From contig NC_020304.1 in assembly GCF_000341395.1 (NCBI RefSeq), positions 2,910,001 through 2,942,000 on the forward strand: a DNA stretch of 32,000 nt. Reading direction: 5' to 3'. Origin of the DNA: Desulfocapsa sulfexigens DSM 10523. GTDB taxonomy: Bacteria > Desulfobacterota > Desulfobulbia > Desulfobulbales > Desulfocapsaceae. The translations under genes were made by a program, and so were the position numbers. Shown piece after piece: positions 17,992 through 26,604 of this stretch (positions are counted from its first letter, which is position 1; the number at the start of each line of letters is the position of its first letter). The notes beneath the pieces were generated by a model. The model saw only the letters and a list, made by a program, of their open reading frames with translations, made no database searches and was not told the DNA's origin.

Positions 17992-19170
17992 ATGAGTGAA
18001 AAACCAGTACAAAAGACATACGAAGAAATTAATGCCAGAATCAAAGCGGGTGAGGCTGTAATTGTAACTGCTGAAGAGATGGTCGGTATTGTTAAGGCTA
18101 AGGGCGCTGAAGGTGCTGCCAGGGAGGTTGACGTCGTTACCACCGGAACCTTCTCTCCCATGTGTTCATCTGGGGCATTCTTAAACTTTGGTCAGATGAC
18201 TCCCACCATCAAAGCATCCAGAGTCTGGATTAACAAGGTTTCTGCTTATGCAGGACTAGCAGCAGTAGATTGTTATATCGGTGCAACAGAACCCGTCGAG
18301 GACGATCCTTTAAATAAATTGTATCCAGGAGAATTTCGATATGGCGGTGGCCATGTCATAGAGGATCTTCTTGCCGGAAAGAAGGTGTTTCTTGAGGCAA
18401 AAGCCTATGGAACTGATTGTTATCTGGCAAGGAAAATGAAAAAAGAGCTTACTCTTGCTGAGCTTCCCTATGCCATGCTCTGTAATCCAAGAAACGGGTA
18501 CCAGAATTATAACTGTGCTGTGAACCTTTCCGATAAAGCGGTCCATACCTATATGGGAACCCTGAAACCCCATTGCAGAAATGCTAATTATTGTAGTGCC
18601 GGTGAGTTGAGTCCTTTGTTTAATGATCCGCATTACAAGACCATTGGAATCGGAACCAGAATTTTTCTTGGTGGCGGTATCGGCTATGTGACCTCACACG
18701 GAACTCAACATAATCCAAATGCTCCAAGGCATAAAAATGGTACCCCTGTTCGCCCTGCTGGCACAATCATGGTGCAGGGAGATATGAAACAAATGTCGTC
18801 ACGTTTTATTCGTGGAATTTCAATTCTCGGATACGGAAACACCATGGCCGTGGGCCTGGGAATACCAATTCCAATTTTGAATGCTGAAATGGCTGCCTAT
18901 ACAGGGGTGTCGGATGATGAACTGTTTACTCAGGTTATAGATTACGGATATGATTATTCAAATGGTATAAACAGAACCTATGGTGAAGTGAGCTATGGCC
19001 AACTGAAAACTGGAACCATAGAGGTGAATGGGAAAAGCGTTCCAACGGCTCCATTATCAAGCCTGCCTATGGCTAGAGAAATTGCTGAAACCCTTAAGTC
19101 CTGGATGATGGATGGTAAGTTTTTTCTCAACAAACCGGCAGAACTTCTACCCGATGCCGACAACTCGTAA
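17992..19170 (+). CDS. Homocysteine biosynthesis protein family (HcyBio/DUF39, COG1900-like)
   Basis: [50 protein letters not shown]-like region, [15 protein letters not shown]. Start trimmed from 17929 to the ATG at 17992. Confidence 0.85.
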   Translation: [392 protein letters not shown]

Positions 19171-19181
19171 GAGGAACCTTT

Positions 19182-19973
19182 CTGAACAGTCAGGAAAAAT
19201 ACAGCGCTCTTATTAATAGCCTTAATGGGTATGGAGACGTTGCCGTCGCCTTTTCAGGCGGTGTTGATTCCACCCTGCTCCTCTATGCTGCCCTGGAGGC
19301 ATTGGGAAGGGAACATGTCGTTGTGGTACATGGAGTATCCGAACTTATCAGTGAAAGGGAAAAAGGGAGTGCGAATACTATTCTGGATGAATTGCAAATC
19401 GATCTGGAAAGGAGAGTCGAGGTAGCGCTTCATCCTCTGATCTGGCCTGAATTTGTTGCCAATACCCAGGATCGCTGCTATTTTTGCAAAAAAAGAATGT
19501 ATCAGAGTTTTCTGCGTAGCCTTGAAAAACTTGAAATTCAGGTTCTGCTTGACGGGAGTAATGTTGATGACCTGAAGAGCAGCAGACCGGGATTTCGCGC
19601 CATTCATGAACTTGGTATACGGACCCCCTTACTTGATTCAGGTTTAAATAAGGATGATATTCGTACCCTGGCCTCCGAGTTTCACTTGAGTAATTGCAGT
19701 AAACCATCTAATTCATGCCTGGCTACTCGATTACCTGCTGGGGTGCAAATAACACAAGAGTACCTGAACGCTGTTGAAAAGTATGAAGACTTTCTTTTGA
19801 GTCGTGATTTTACGGGCTGCAGGGCAAGGCCCGAGGGCAGGGATATGGTACTTGAGCTTTCGGGGATAGATGGGAACCGATTGCTTACATCGTCCATGCG
19901 CATTGAAATTATACATTTCTTTCAATCAGAGGGATTTTCAAGGGTTCTTATTGACTTGATCCCCCGCCGTTAA
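19182..19973 (+). CDS. larE: LarE-like ATP-dependent sulfur transferase (PP-loop), proposed CTG start
   Basis: Manual frame extension: (L/M)NSQEKYSALINSLNGYGDVAVAFSGGVDSTLLLYAALEALGREHV..., PP-loop SGGVDS, CYFCKKRMY, DGSNVDD, NSCLATRLP. The track start at 19302 (TTG) lies inside the PP-loop domain and would delete SGGVDS. Confidence 0.8.
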   Translation: MNSQEKYSALINSLNGYGDVAVAFSGGVDSTLLLYAALEALGREHVVVVHGVSELISEREKGSANTILDELQIDLERRVEVALHPLIWPEFVANTQDRCYFCKKRMYQSFLRSLEKLEIQVLLDGSNVDDLKSSRPGFRAIHELGIRTPLLDSGLNKDDIRTLASEFHLSNCSKPSNSCLATRLPAGVQITQEYLNAVEKYEDFLLSRDFTGCRARPEGRDMVLELSGIDGNRLLTSSMRIEIIHFFQSEGFSRVLIDLIPRR

Positions 19974-20245
19974 AAGTTGTAGCTGGCATTGAAATATTTT
20001 CCTACGGGGAAGTTTATACCTTGCTAATGAATGGAGCTTCAGTTAGGGTGTAAGTTGTTTTTTTGTGTGTAATAGTTTGATTATAAAGGGTTGTAGAGAT
20101 ATCACTTATGTCTGAAAAAAGATGTTTTGTTCTTTTTTCTTTTGACAATCCATCATGCTTTTATTAAAGCAATACAGAAGAGATAAGGGGAGCAGCACAG
20201 TCTGTATCCTGTTTAATTAGAAACGTAGTTTTCCGGGAGGGATCC

Positions 20246-20518
20246 ATGAATAAGAAGGAATTAGTAGAGAATATTGCAAGTGCAGCAGATATTTCAAAAG
20301 CTGCAGCTGAAAAAGCACTGAACAGTACTCTCGCAGCCATCGCTGAAACCTTGAAAAATGGCGATAAGGTGACTTTAGTTGGTTTTGGTACTTTTTCTGT
20401 ATCCAAGCGTGAAGCCCGTAAGGGAAGAAATCCTCAGACCGGAAAAACCATTAATATCCCAGCTAAAAATGTCGCCAAGTTCAAAGCTGGTTCCAAACTT
20501 TCCGAGGCTATTAACTAG
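20246..20518 (+). CDS. HU-family DNA-binding protein
   Basis: MNKKELVENIA...GDKVTLVGFGTFSVSKREARKGRNPQTGKTINIPAKNVAKFKAG. Confidence 0.95.
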   Translation: MNKKELVENIASAADISKAAAEKALNSTLAAIAETLKNGDKVTLVGFGTFSVSKREARKGRNPQTGKTINIPAKNVAKFKAGSKLSEAIN

Positions 20519-20938
20519 ACTTCCAGAAGTTTGCTGTATGTATGCTTGTTAGTAAACGGGCAGATGAGTTTTCTGAAATCCTGTTTTTCCTTTTTCCTGG
20601 AAGAGCAGGATTTTGTCGTTTCAGGACAGGGACATTCTGGCTTATTCTCTCTATTACAGCAGTGATTTCTTAATCCATCTTTTGATGATCGAGAAAAAAT
20701 ACTGAGTTGTACAAATCCGCTAAAAAAGAAATTTCTGTAAGATCCCTGTTCTTAATCTTGATTATGGGCTTTAGCTATATTTCCAATCGTGTATCATTTG
20801 ACACATTAATATTTAGTATCTGCTTTTCACGAAGGAGTGTCGACGGTTCATTACTGCTGATAACAGGTGTCAGCAAACATCGAGTGAGAATGAAAGGGTA
20901 CAGGTGCTTCAGGATGTAATAAGATGGTGCCTGCTGGT

Positions 20939-21577
20939 CTAGTGAGGAAAATAATCCTGTAGCAGGAGAAGGAGTTCATTGGATCGACTACAGTTCAGTT
21001 TGTGCATAATATTTGTCCGGTGAACGCGAACGGTTTTCGGACTGATGAATAGTATTTCTCCTATTTCATCGGGAGTCATTCCCTGAGAAAAAAGGTTTGC
21101 AATTTCATGTTCTCGTGGAGAGAGAACGGAAAGAACTCCGTGCTCGCATTCACCCTTTAAGAGTTGCTCACGTATGTTGTCAGGAAATGAACTGCTTAGG
21201 GAGATTTCCCCCTGCATAACCTCCCGAATTGCAGTGAGAAGGTCTCTGATTTCATCACTTTTTAACACATATCCCTTTGCACCGGCTTTGCATGCACGAA
21301 AAATATTATCGTGGTTCTGGTGCATGGTGTAAATGATGATGATCGTCTTTTCAGAAAGGGCTTTGACGTATGGGATGAGATCAATGCCACTGATTCCGGC
21401 CATGGTTATATCAAGAATTGCAACATCTGGCTGTGTTTCCTTTACCAGAGGTAACGCGGAAGTTGCTGAGTCCGATTCTCCCAGCACAATCATATCGGGT
21501 TGCTTCTTGACAACAGACCTCACTCCATGACGGATAACAGGATGGTCATCAATTATAACAACAGTAATCTTTTTCAC
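20939..21577 (-). CDS. NarL/FixJ-family response regulator (receiver + LuxR HTH)
   Basis: VVIIDDHPVIRHGVRSVV, AILDITMAGISGIDLI, AGAKGYVLKSDE, LSPREHEIANLFSQGMTPDEIGEILFISPKTVRVHRTNIMHKL. Confidence 0.95.
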   Translation of the reverse strand: MKKITVVIIDDHPVIRHGVRSVVKKQPDMIVLGESDSATSALPLVKETQPDVAILDITMAGISGIDLIPYVKALSEKTIIIIYTMHQNHDNIFRACKAGAKGYVLKSDEIRDLLTAIREVMQGEISLSSSFPDNIREQLLKGECEHGVLSVLSPREHEIANLFSQGMTPDEIGEILFISPKTVRVHRTNIMHKLNCSRSNELLLLLQDYFPH

Positions 21578-21719
21578 TGCGCTTGTTGCTCCAATAAAAA
21601 ATTTCCAGGAAATAGCATGTACCTATGCGATGAGGATAACAAAAGGATCAGTTGAAAGTCAAAGATTTTATCGTTCTCTTTATTTGCCAGACATCATTAA
21701 ATAGTGTATGTGAAAATAC

Positions 21720-23741
21720 ATGGATACCCCCTTTATACTGAAAGCACCTTTTGAACCATCTGGTGATCAACCTGAAGCTATTGCCACCATAGTCCGCGGG
21801 ATAGAGTCCGGAGCAAAAAGTCAGGTTCTTCTGGGTGTTACCGGATCCGGGAAAACCTTTACCATGGCTTCCGTCATTGAAAGGGTACAGCGGCCGACAC
21901 TTATTATTGCCCCCAACAAAACGCTTGCCGCCCAGCTTTTTTCTGAGTTTAAAGAACTGTTTCCCGGCAATGCCGTTGAGTATTTCGTTTCCTATTATGA
22001 TTATTATCAGCCGGAGGCGTATATTCCATCCTCCGATACCTATATTGAAAAAGATTCTTCCATTAATGACGCAATTGACAAGATGCGCCATTCCGCAACC
22101 CGTTCTCTGCTGACACGCAGAGATGTCATTATTGTCGCTTCTGTATCCTGTATCTATGGCCTTGGGTCACCCGATGAATATAAAAACATGCACCTCTTTC
22201 TCCGTGTTGACGAAGATTTTGCGCCAGAACAGATACAACGCCGTCTCGTCTTTATGCTGTATGAGCGAAATGATGTTTCTTTTCATCGTGGTACATTCAG
22301 GGTACGTGGTGATGTGATTGATATTTTTCCAGTTCATGAGGAGGATCGGGCACTCCGACTGGAATTCTTCGGAGATACCATTGAATCGATATCAATTATA
22401 GACCCCTTGCGAGGAGCTGTGCTTGAACGTTTACCGGAATATACTGTTTTCCCCGGCAGCCATTTTGTTACTTCCAAGGATAGACTGCAGGTGGCGGTGG
22501 AAACAATTAAGACAGAGCTTAAAGGTCGTCTTGAATATTTTCACAAGGAAAACAGACTGATTGAGTTGCAGCGTCTTGAGCAGAAGACTATGTTTGATCT
22601 GGAGATGATACAGGAGCTTGGATATTGCAACGGTATTGAAAATTATTCGAGGCATCTCACCGGCAAGGAGCCGGGAATTGCCCCTCCCAATCTTCTCGAT
22701 TATTTTGAGGAGGATTATCTTCTGATAATTGATGAGTCTCATATAGGTGTACCTCAGCTAAACGGTATGTACAATGGAGACAGATCCCGGAAAAAGACGC
22801 TTGTCCACTACGGTTTCCGTCTCCCTTCAGCACTTGATAACCGTCCCCTGCGCTTCGAGGAATTCCAGGCACGAATTAATCAGATAGTCTATGTTTCAGC
22901 AACTCCTGGTGCTTTTGAGATTGAAGAGGCCGAGGGGCGACTTGTTGATCAAATTATTCGTCCGACGGGACTTCTTGACCCGCGAATTGAAGTTCGGCCT
23001 GCTTCCAGTCAGGTTGATGATCTTCTGGAGGAAATAAGGTTGCGTACGGAACGTGATGAAGCCGTATTGGTCACCACCCTGACCAAGCGAATGGCAGAAG
23101 ATCTTACCGATTATTATGAAAAACTAGGGATTCAGGTCCGCTATCTTCATTCTGATATCAAGACATTGGAACGTATCGAATTAATTAGAGATCTTCGTAA
23201 TGGTGAGTATAATGTGCTGGTGGGGATTAATCTTTTACGGGAAGGGCTCGATATTCCGGAAGTTTCTCTTGTGGCAATACTGGATGCTGACAAGGAGGGT
23301 TTTTTACGTTCAGACCGCTCTCTTATTCAGACCTGCGGGCGGGCCGCACGAAACGTCAATGGATTGGTTATTCTTTATGGTGACACAGTTACCGGTTCCA
23401 TGCAAAGAACCATTGAGGAAACGGAGCGAAGAAGAAAAATTCAGTCTGCGTATAACCTGGAACATGGTATTGTACCTCAGACCATAAAATCCAAGGTAAA
23501 AGATACCATCCAGAAACATCTTCAGGCCAGTGGCTACAAGGCAGCAGATGATCATGGCTCCGGTTTGTTGACTGCTGCAGAGGATCTTCCCGTATATTAC
23601 AGCATTAAAGAGTTGGAAAAAGAGATAAAAAAACTAGAAAAAGAGATGCAGAGTGCTGCAAAAGAACTTGCTTTTGAAGAAGCCGCAGCGATTCGTGACA
23701 GAATCAAGGCGCTTCGTAAACTGGAGATAGAAATAGGATGA
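21720..23741 (+). CDS. uvrB: Excinuclease ABC subunit UvrB
   Basis: [15 protein letters not shown], beta-hairpin [69 protein letters not shown]-terminal UVR motif. Confidence 0.97.
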   Translation: MDTPFILKAPFEPSGDQPEAIATIVRGIESGAKSQVLLGVTGSGKTFTMASVIERVQRPTLIIAPNKTLAAQLFSEFKELFPGNAVEYFVSYYDYYQPEAYIPSSDTYIEKDSSINDAIDKMRHSATRSLLTRRDVIIVASVSCIYGLGSPDEYKNMHLFLRVDEDFAPEQIQRRLVFMLYERNDVSFHRGTFRVRGDVIDIFPVHEEDRALRLEFFGDTIESISIIDPLRGAVLERLPEYTVFPGSHFVTSKDRLQVAVETIKTELKGRLEYFHKENRLIELQRLEQKTMFDLEMIQELGYCNGIENYSRHLTGKEPGIAPPNLLDYFEEDYLLIIDESHIGVPQLNGMYNGDRSRKKTLVHYGFRLPSALDNRPLRFEEFQARINQIVYVSATPGAFEIEEAEGRLVDQIIRPTGLLDPRIEVRPASSQVDDLLEEIRLRTERDEAVLVTTLTKRMAEDLTDYYEKLGIQVRYLHSDIKTLERIELIRDLRNGEYNVLVGINLLREGLDIPEVSLVAILDADKEGFLRSDRSLIQTCGRAARNVNGLVILYGDTVTGSMQRTIEETERRRKIQSAYNLEHGIVPQTIKSKVKDTIQKHLQASGYKAADDHGSGLLTAAEDLPVYYSIKELEKEIKKLEKEMQSAAKELAFEEAAAIRDRIKALRKLEIEIG

Positions 23742-24409
23742 AGGATGGGGCATTGTACCAGCTATCTCTTCGTGTACTTCCTTTTGTCTTTGTGTGGTTG
23801 ACACGCATCTGGTTTTCAACGTGTCGGATAACAACCCATGGTCAACACTACCGGGATCAAATTGATGCCAGTGGGAAGCCTGCTATAGCAAGTTTCTGGC
23901 ACTATACTATTTTATTTATATTTTATTATATGCGTAAAGATTCTGGTGTGGCCATGGTCAGTGCAAGCAAGGATGGCGAGTATATCAGCAGAGTGGCAAA
24001 TAAACTGGGGTATTCAACTGTTCGTGGTTCACGTAAAAAGGGTGGATTACAGGCCATTAAAAGTCTGGTGAGACATATGCGTGCAGGGCAAAATGCTGCA
24101 ATTGTCGCTGATGGCTCACAGGGGCCTGCCCGTGTGGTTCAGGCAGGCTGTATAGTTCTTGCGTCACGTGCCGGGGTGCCTGTCCTCCCCATGCTCTGGT
24201 CATGTAATCGATACAAGCGATTTGGGTCCTGGGATGGTACGGTTTTGCCCTTACCTTTTTCAAAAATAGATTTCTTTTACGGTGAACCCCTTTATGTCGC
24301 TCCTAAAATCAAATCTGAAGATGTTGAGGACTACAGGTTGATTTTGGAAAATCGCCTCAGTGATCTGTATGATGAGGCCTGGGCTTTACATGGTAAAAAA
24401 GAACATTAA
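23738..24409 (+). CDS. Lysophospholipid acyltransferase-like protein (DUF374)
   Basis: [71 protein letters not shown]; ATGA overlap with uvrB. Confidence 0.85.
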   Translation: MKDGALYQLSLRVLPFVFVWLTRIWFSTCRITTHGQHYRDQIDASGKPAIASFWHYTILFIFYYMRKDSGVAMVSASKDGEYISRVANKLGYSTVRGSRKKGGLQAIKSLVRHMRAGQNAAIVADGSQGPARVVQAGCIVLASRAGVPVLPMLWSCNRYKRFGSWDGTVLPLPFSKIDFFYGEPLYVAPKIKSEDVEDYRLILENRLSDLYDEAWALHGKKEH

Positions 24410-24427
24410 TCAGCTTACTATAGAGAT

Positions 24428-25804
24428 ATGACGAAAGGAATAGTGGTGGCCGGACTTGCCGGAGGATCAGGGAAAAGCGTAGTTTCTGTTGGGTTAACTG
24501 CGGCCCTTGCACGGCAGGGAAAATTTGTGGTCCCCTTCAAGAAGGGACCGGATTACATTGATGCGGGATGGATGAAACTTGCTGCTGGAAGGAACTGTTA
24601 TAATCTTGATCCCTATTTAATGAGCGAAGAAAGCATAAAAGCTTCACTGCTTTGCCACAGTGAAGGTGCCGATCTTGTCGTCCTGGAAGGTAACCGCGGT
24701 CTGTTTGATGGGGTAAATGTTGATGGTGGCTATTCCACAGCCGAACTGGCTCTTTCTCTCAATCTTCCAATATTGTTGGTGGTGAACTGTACCAAGACGA
24801 CTCGAACCGTTGCGGCAATGGTTCTGGGCTGTATGAAACTTGATGAACGCGTGGATATTCGTGGCGTAGTCCTGAATCAGATTGGCACCAAAAGGCATCA
24901 GTCCATCGTCACTCAGGCAGTGGAAAAGTACACTGGCCTTCCTGTCCTGGGGGCAATTCCACGAATGAAATATGATATTTTCCCCATGCGTCACCTGGGT
25001 GTTACTCCACACCAGGAGTACGAGGGAAGTGAAGAGGCAATGCAGTTGCTTGCGGAGACTGCCGCTGAACACCTTGACCTCGAACGAATTCAGGAAGTAA
25101 TGGAGCCGATAGGTTGCCGAAAAACAGTGGTGCCCGCCCATCCTCCTGAGAATAAACTTCGTATCGGCCTGTTAATGGACGCAGCCTTTCAATTCTATTA
25201 TTCCGAAAATCTGGAAGCCCTTGAGCAGGAGGGAGCTGAATTGATTGCCATTGATGCCATGGTTGAGGATGTTTTGCCGGAGCTTGATGGTCTGTACATT
25301 GGTGGAGGTTTTCCTGAAACCAGTGCCGGGGCCCTCGCGGCTAATACCTCTTTTCGTGACTCAATAAAAACTGCTGCCGAGACAGGATTGCCGATTTATG
25401 CTGAGTGTGGTGGGCTGATTTACCTTGGTGAGTCTATAGAACTGGAAGGAGAGGTGTATCCTCTTGCCGGTGTTTTTCCCGTCCGTTTTGGTATGTCTCA
25501 AAAACCACAGGCCCATGGCTACTCGATTTTTACGGTAGAGGGAGAAAATCCTTTTTATGAAAAAGGTTCTGAAATAAAGGGACATGAGTTTCGCTATTCC
25601 ACTATTATTGACTGGCCTGGAGACTCTGATGATCTGCCATTGAAGATGACAAGGGGAGTGGGCTTTTCGAAGGGACGTGAAGGGCTGGTTATGAATAATG
25701 TTCTGGCTCTTTACACCCATATACATGCCCTGGGGACACCCGAGTGGGCCAGGGGCTTTATGAGGCGCTGTCGTGAGGTAAAAGAAGAGGGTCTGCGGGA
25801 GTAG
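24428..25804 (+). CDS. cbiA: Cobyrinate a,c-diamide synthase family protein (CbiA/CobB; DsrN-type possible)
   Basis: AGLAGGSGKSVVSVGLTAALARQG, FKKGPDYIDAGWM, EGNRGLFDGVNVDGGYSTAELA, IGGGFPETSA, IYAECGGLIYL, GHEFRYS, YTHIHALGTPEWA. Confidence 0.88.
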   Translation: MTKGIVVAGLAGGSGKSVVSVGLTAALARQGKFVVPFKKGPDYIDAGWMKLAAGRNCYNLDPYLMSEESIKASLLCHSEGADLVVLEGNRGLFDGVNVDGGYSTAELALSLNLPILLVVNCTKTTRTVAAMVLGCMKLDERVDIRGVVLNQIGTKRHQSIVTQAVEKYTGLPVLGAIPRMKYDIFPMRHLGVTPHQEYEGSEEAMQLLAETAAEHLDLERIQEVMEPIGCRKTVVPAHPPENKLRIGLLMDAAFQFYYSENLEALEQEGAELIAIDAMVEDVLPELDGLYIGGGFPETSAGALAANTSFRDSIKTAAETGLPIYAECGGLIYLGESIELEGEVYPLAGVFPVRFGMSQKPQAHGYSIFTVEGENPFYEKGSEIKGHEFRYSTIIDWPGDSDDLPLKMTRGVGFSKGREGLVMNNVLALYTHIHALGTPEWARGFMRRCREVKEEGLRE

Positions 25805-25842
25805 AGGTGAAGGGTTCCCCGCAGACCATATGCTGTGTTTGA

Positions 25843-26058
25843 TTAATCCTCGGTGTGACAAACAATATCCGGTGTCAGAAACCAGATAGCTGCCGGTTTG
25901 CAGGACCAGACTTTGTCATCTTCTTCGACTACACAGTCTCCGAATTTCCACCCGAATTTTTCCAGATGCATGGTGAGCGTTTTTTTTGATGCTTCGTACA
26001 CATCCCAATCAAAACCCTCAAGGTCAGAGACGCAAATCATTTCAATTTCTTTCTTCAT
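25843..26058 (-). CDS. Small conserved-looking hypothetical protein (71 aa)
   Basis: MKKEIEMICVSDLEGFDWDVYEASKKTLTMHLEKFGWKFGDCVVEEDDKVWSCKPAAIWFLTPDIVCHTED. The track start 26130 would include a hairpin-encoding extension. Confidence 0.5.
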   Translation of the reverse strand: MKKEIEMICVSDLEGFDWDVYEASKKTLTMHLEKFGWKFGDCVVEEDDKVWSCKPAAIWFLTPDIVCHTED

Positions 26059-26151
26059 ATTCAGTCTCACTGTATTTATTTGATAATTTGTAAAGGTAAT
26101 GCCGGATGGCCGGTAACGACCATCCAGCATATTATTTTACAATATCATATA

Positions 26152-26604
26152 CTATATTTCCTGTAAGGTGACAAATTTCAGGGCATGGGTTGTACATTTC
26201 GTGACGCAGGCAGGTTTCAGCCCTGCATCCACCCGATCCATGCAATAGTCACACTTCACAGCCTTTTTTGTCTCAGGGTTCATCTGGGGAATTGTCCACG
26301 GGCAGGCACCGGCACAGGCCATGCAGCCAATACAGGCCTCTTCATTTATAAAAACAATACCATCCGGACGCTTGATCATGGCCTTGGTAGGACAAATGGG
26401 CACACAGAACGGTTCATCACAGTGGTAACAGGAACGAAAGGAAAATTCGGTTTTAGGGACCCCTTTTATAGTAGTTAAGGTTTCGTGATCGATTTCACAG
26501 AGGTATGGGCCTACCGGAAGGCTTTTATTCGTTTTACAGTGAACCTCGCAGCCGTGACAGCCTATACATCTTCTGGAATTGAGGTAGATCATGTATTTGT
26601 TCAT
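26152..26604 (-). CDS. 4Fe-4S dicluster/ferredoxin-type electron-transfer subunit
   Basis: 150 aa with 16 Cys in four cluster-type motifs (CIGCHGCEVHC, CYHCDEPFCVPIC, CIGCMACAGAC, CDYC...CVTKC). Confidence 0.92.
   Translation of the reverse strand: MNKYMIYLNSRRCIGCHGCEVHCKTNKSLPVGPYLCEIDHETLTTIKGVPKTEFSFRSCYHCDEPFCVPICPTKAMIKRPDGIVFINEEACIGCMACAGACPWTIPQMNPETKKAVKCDYCMDRVDAGLKPACVTKCTTHALKFVTLQEI

Noticed and set aside
20576-20614. Possible terminator AAATCCTG...CAGGATTTT after the HU gene
   Set aside because: Eight-bp stem but a >20-nt loop; too weak to call as a terminator with confidence.
20707-20919. 70-aa plus-strand ORF in the gap after the HU gene
   Set aside because: No SD, no family resemblance; probably non-coding 3' sequence.
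21648-22113. Minus-strand 147-aa and alternative plus-frame 92-aa ORFs at the uvrB start
   Set aside because: UvrB motifs in the 21720 frame explain the coding signal; no support for the others.
24644-25861. Long minus-strand ORFs (165 aa and 166 aa) antisense to cbiA
   Set aside because: They lie opposite a well-supported CbiA-family CDS, have low-complexity/unlikely composition and no recognisable motifs; treated as shadow ORFs.
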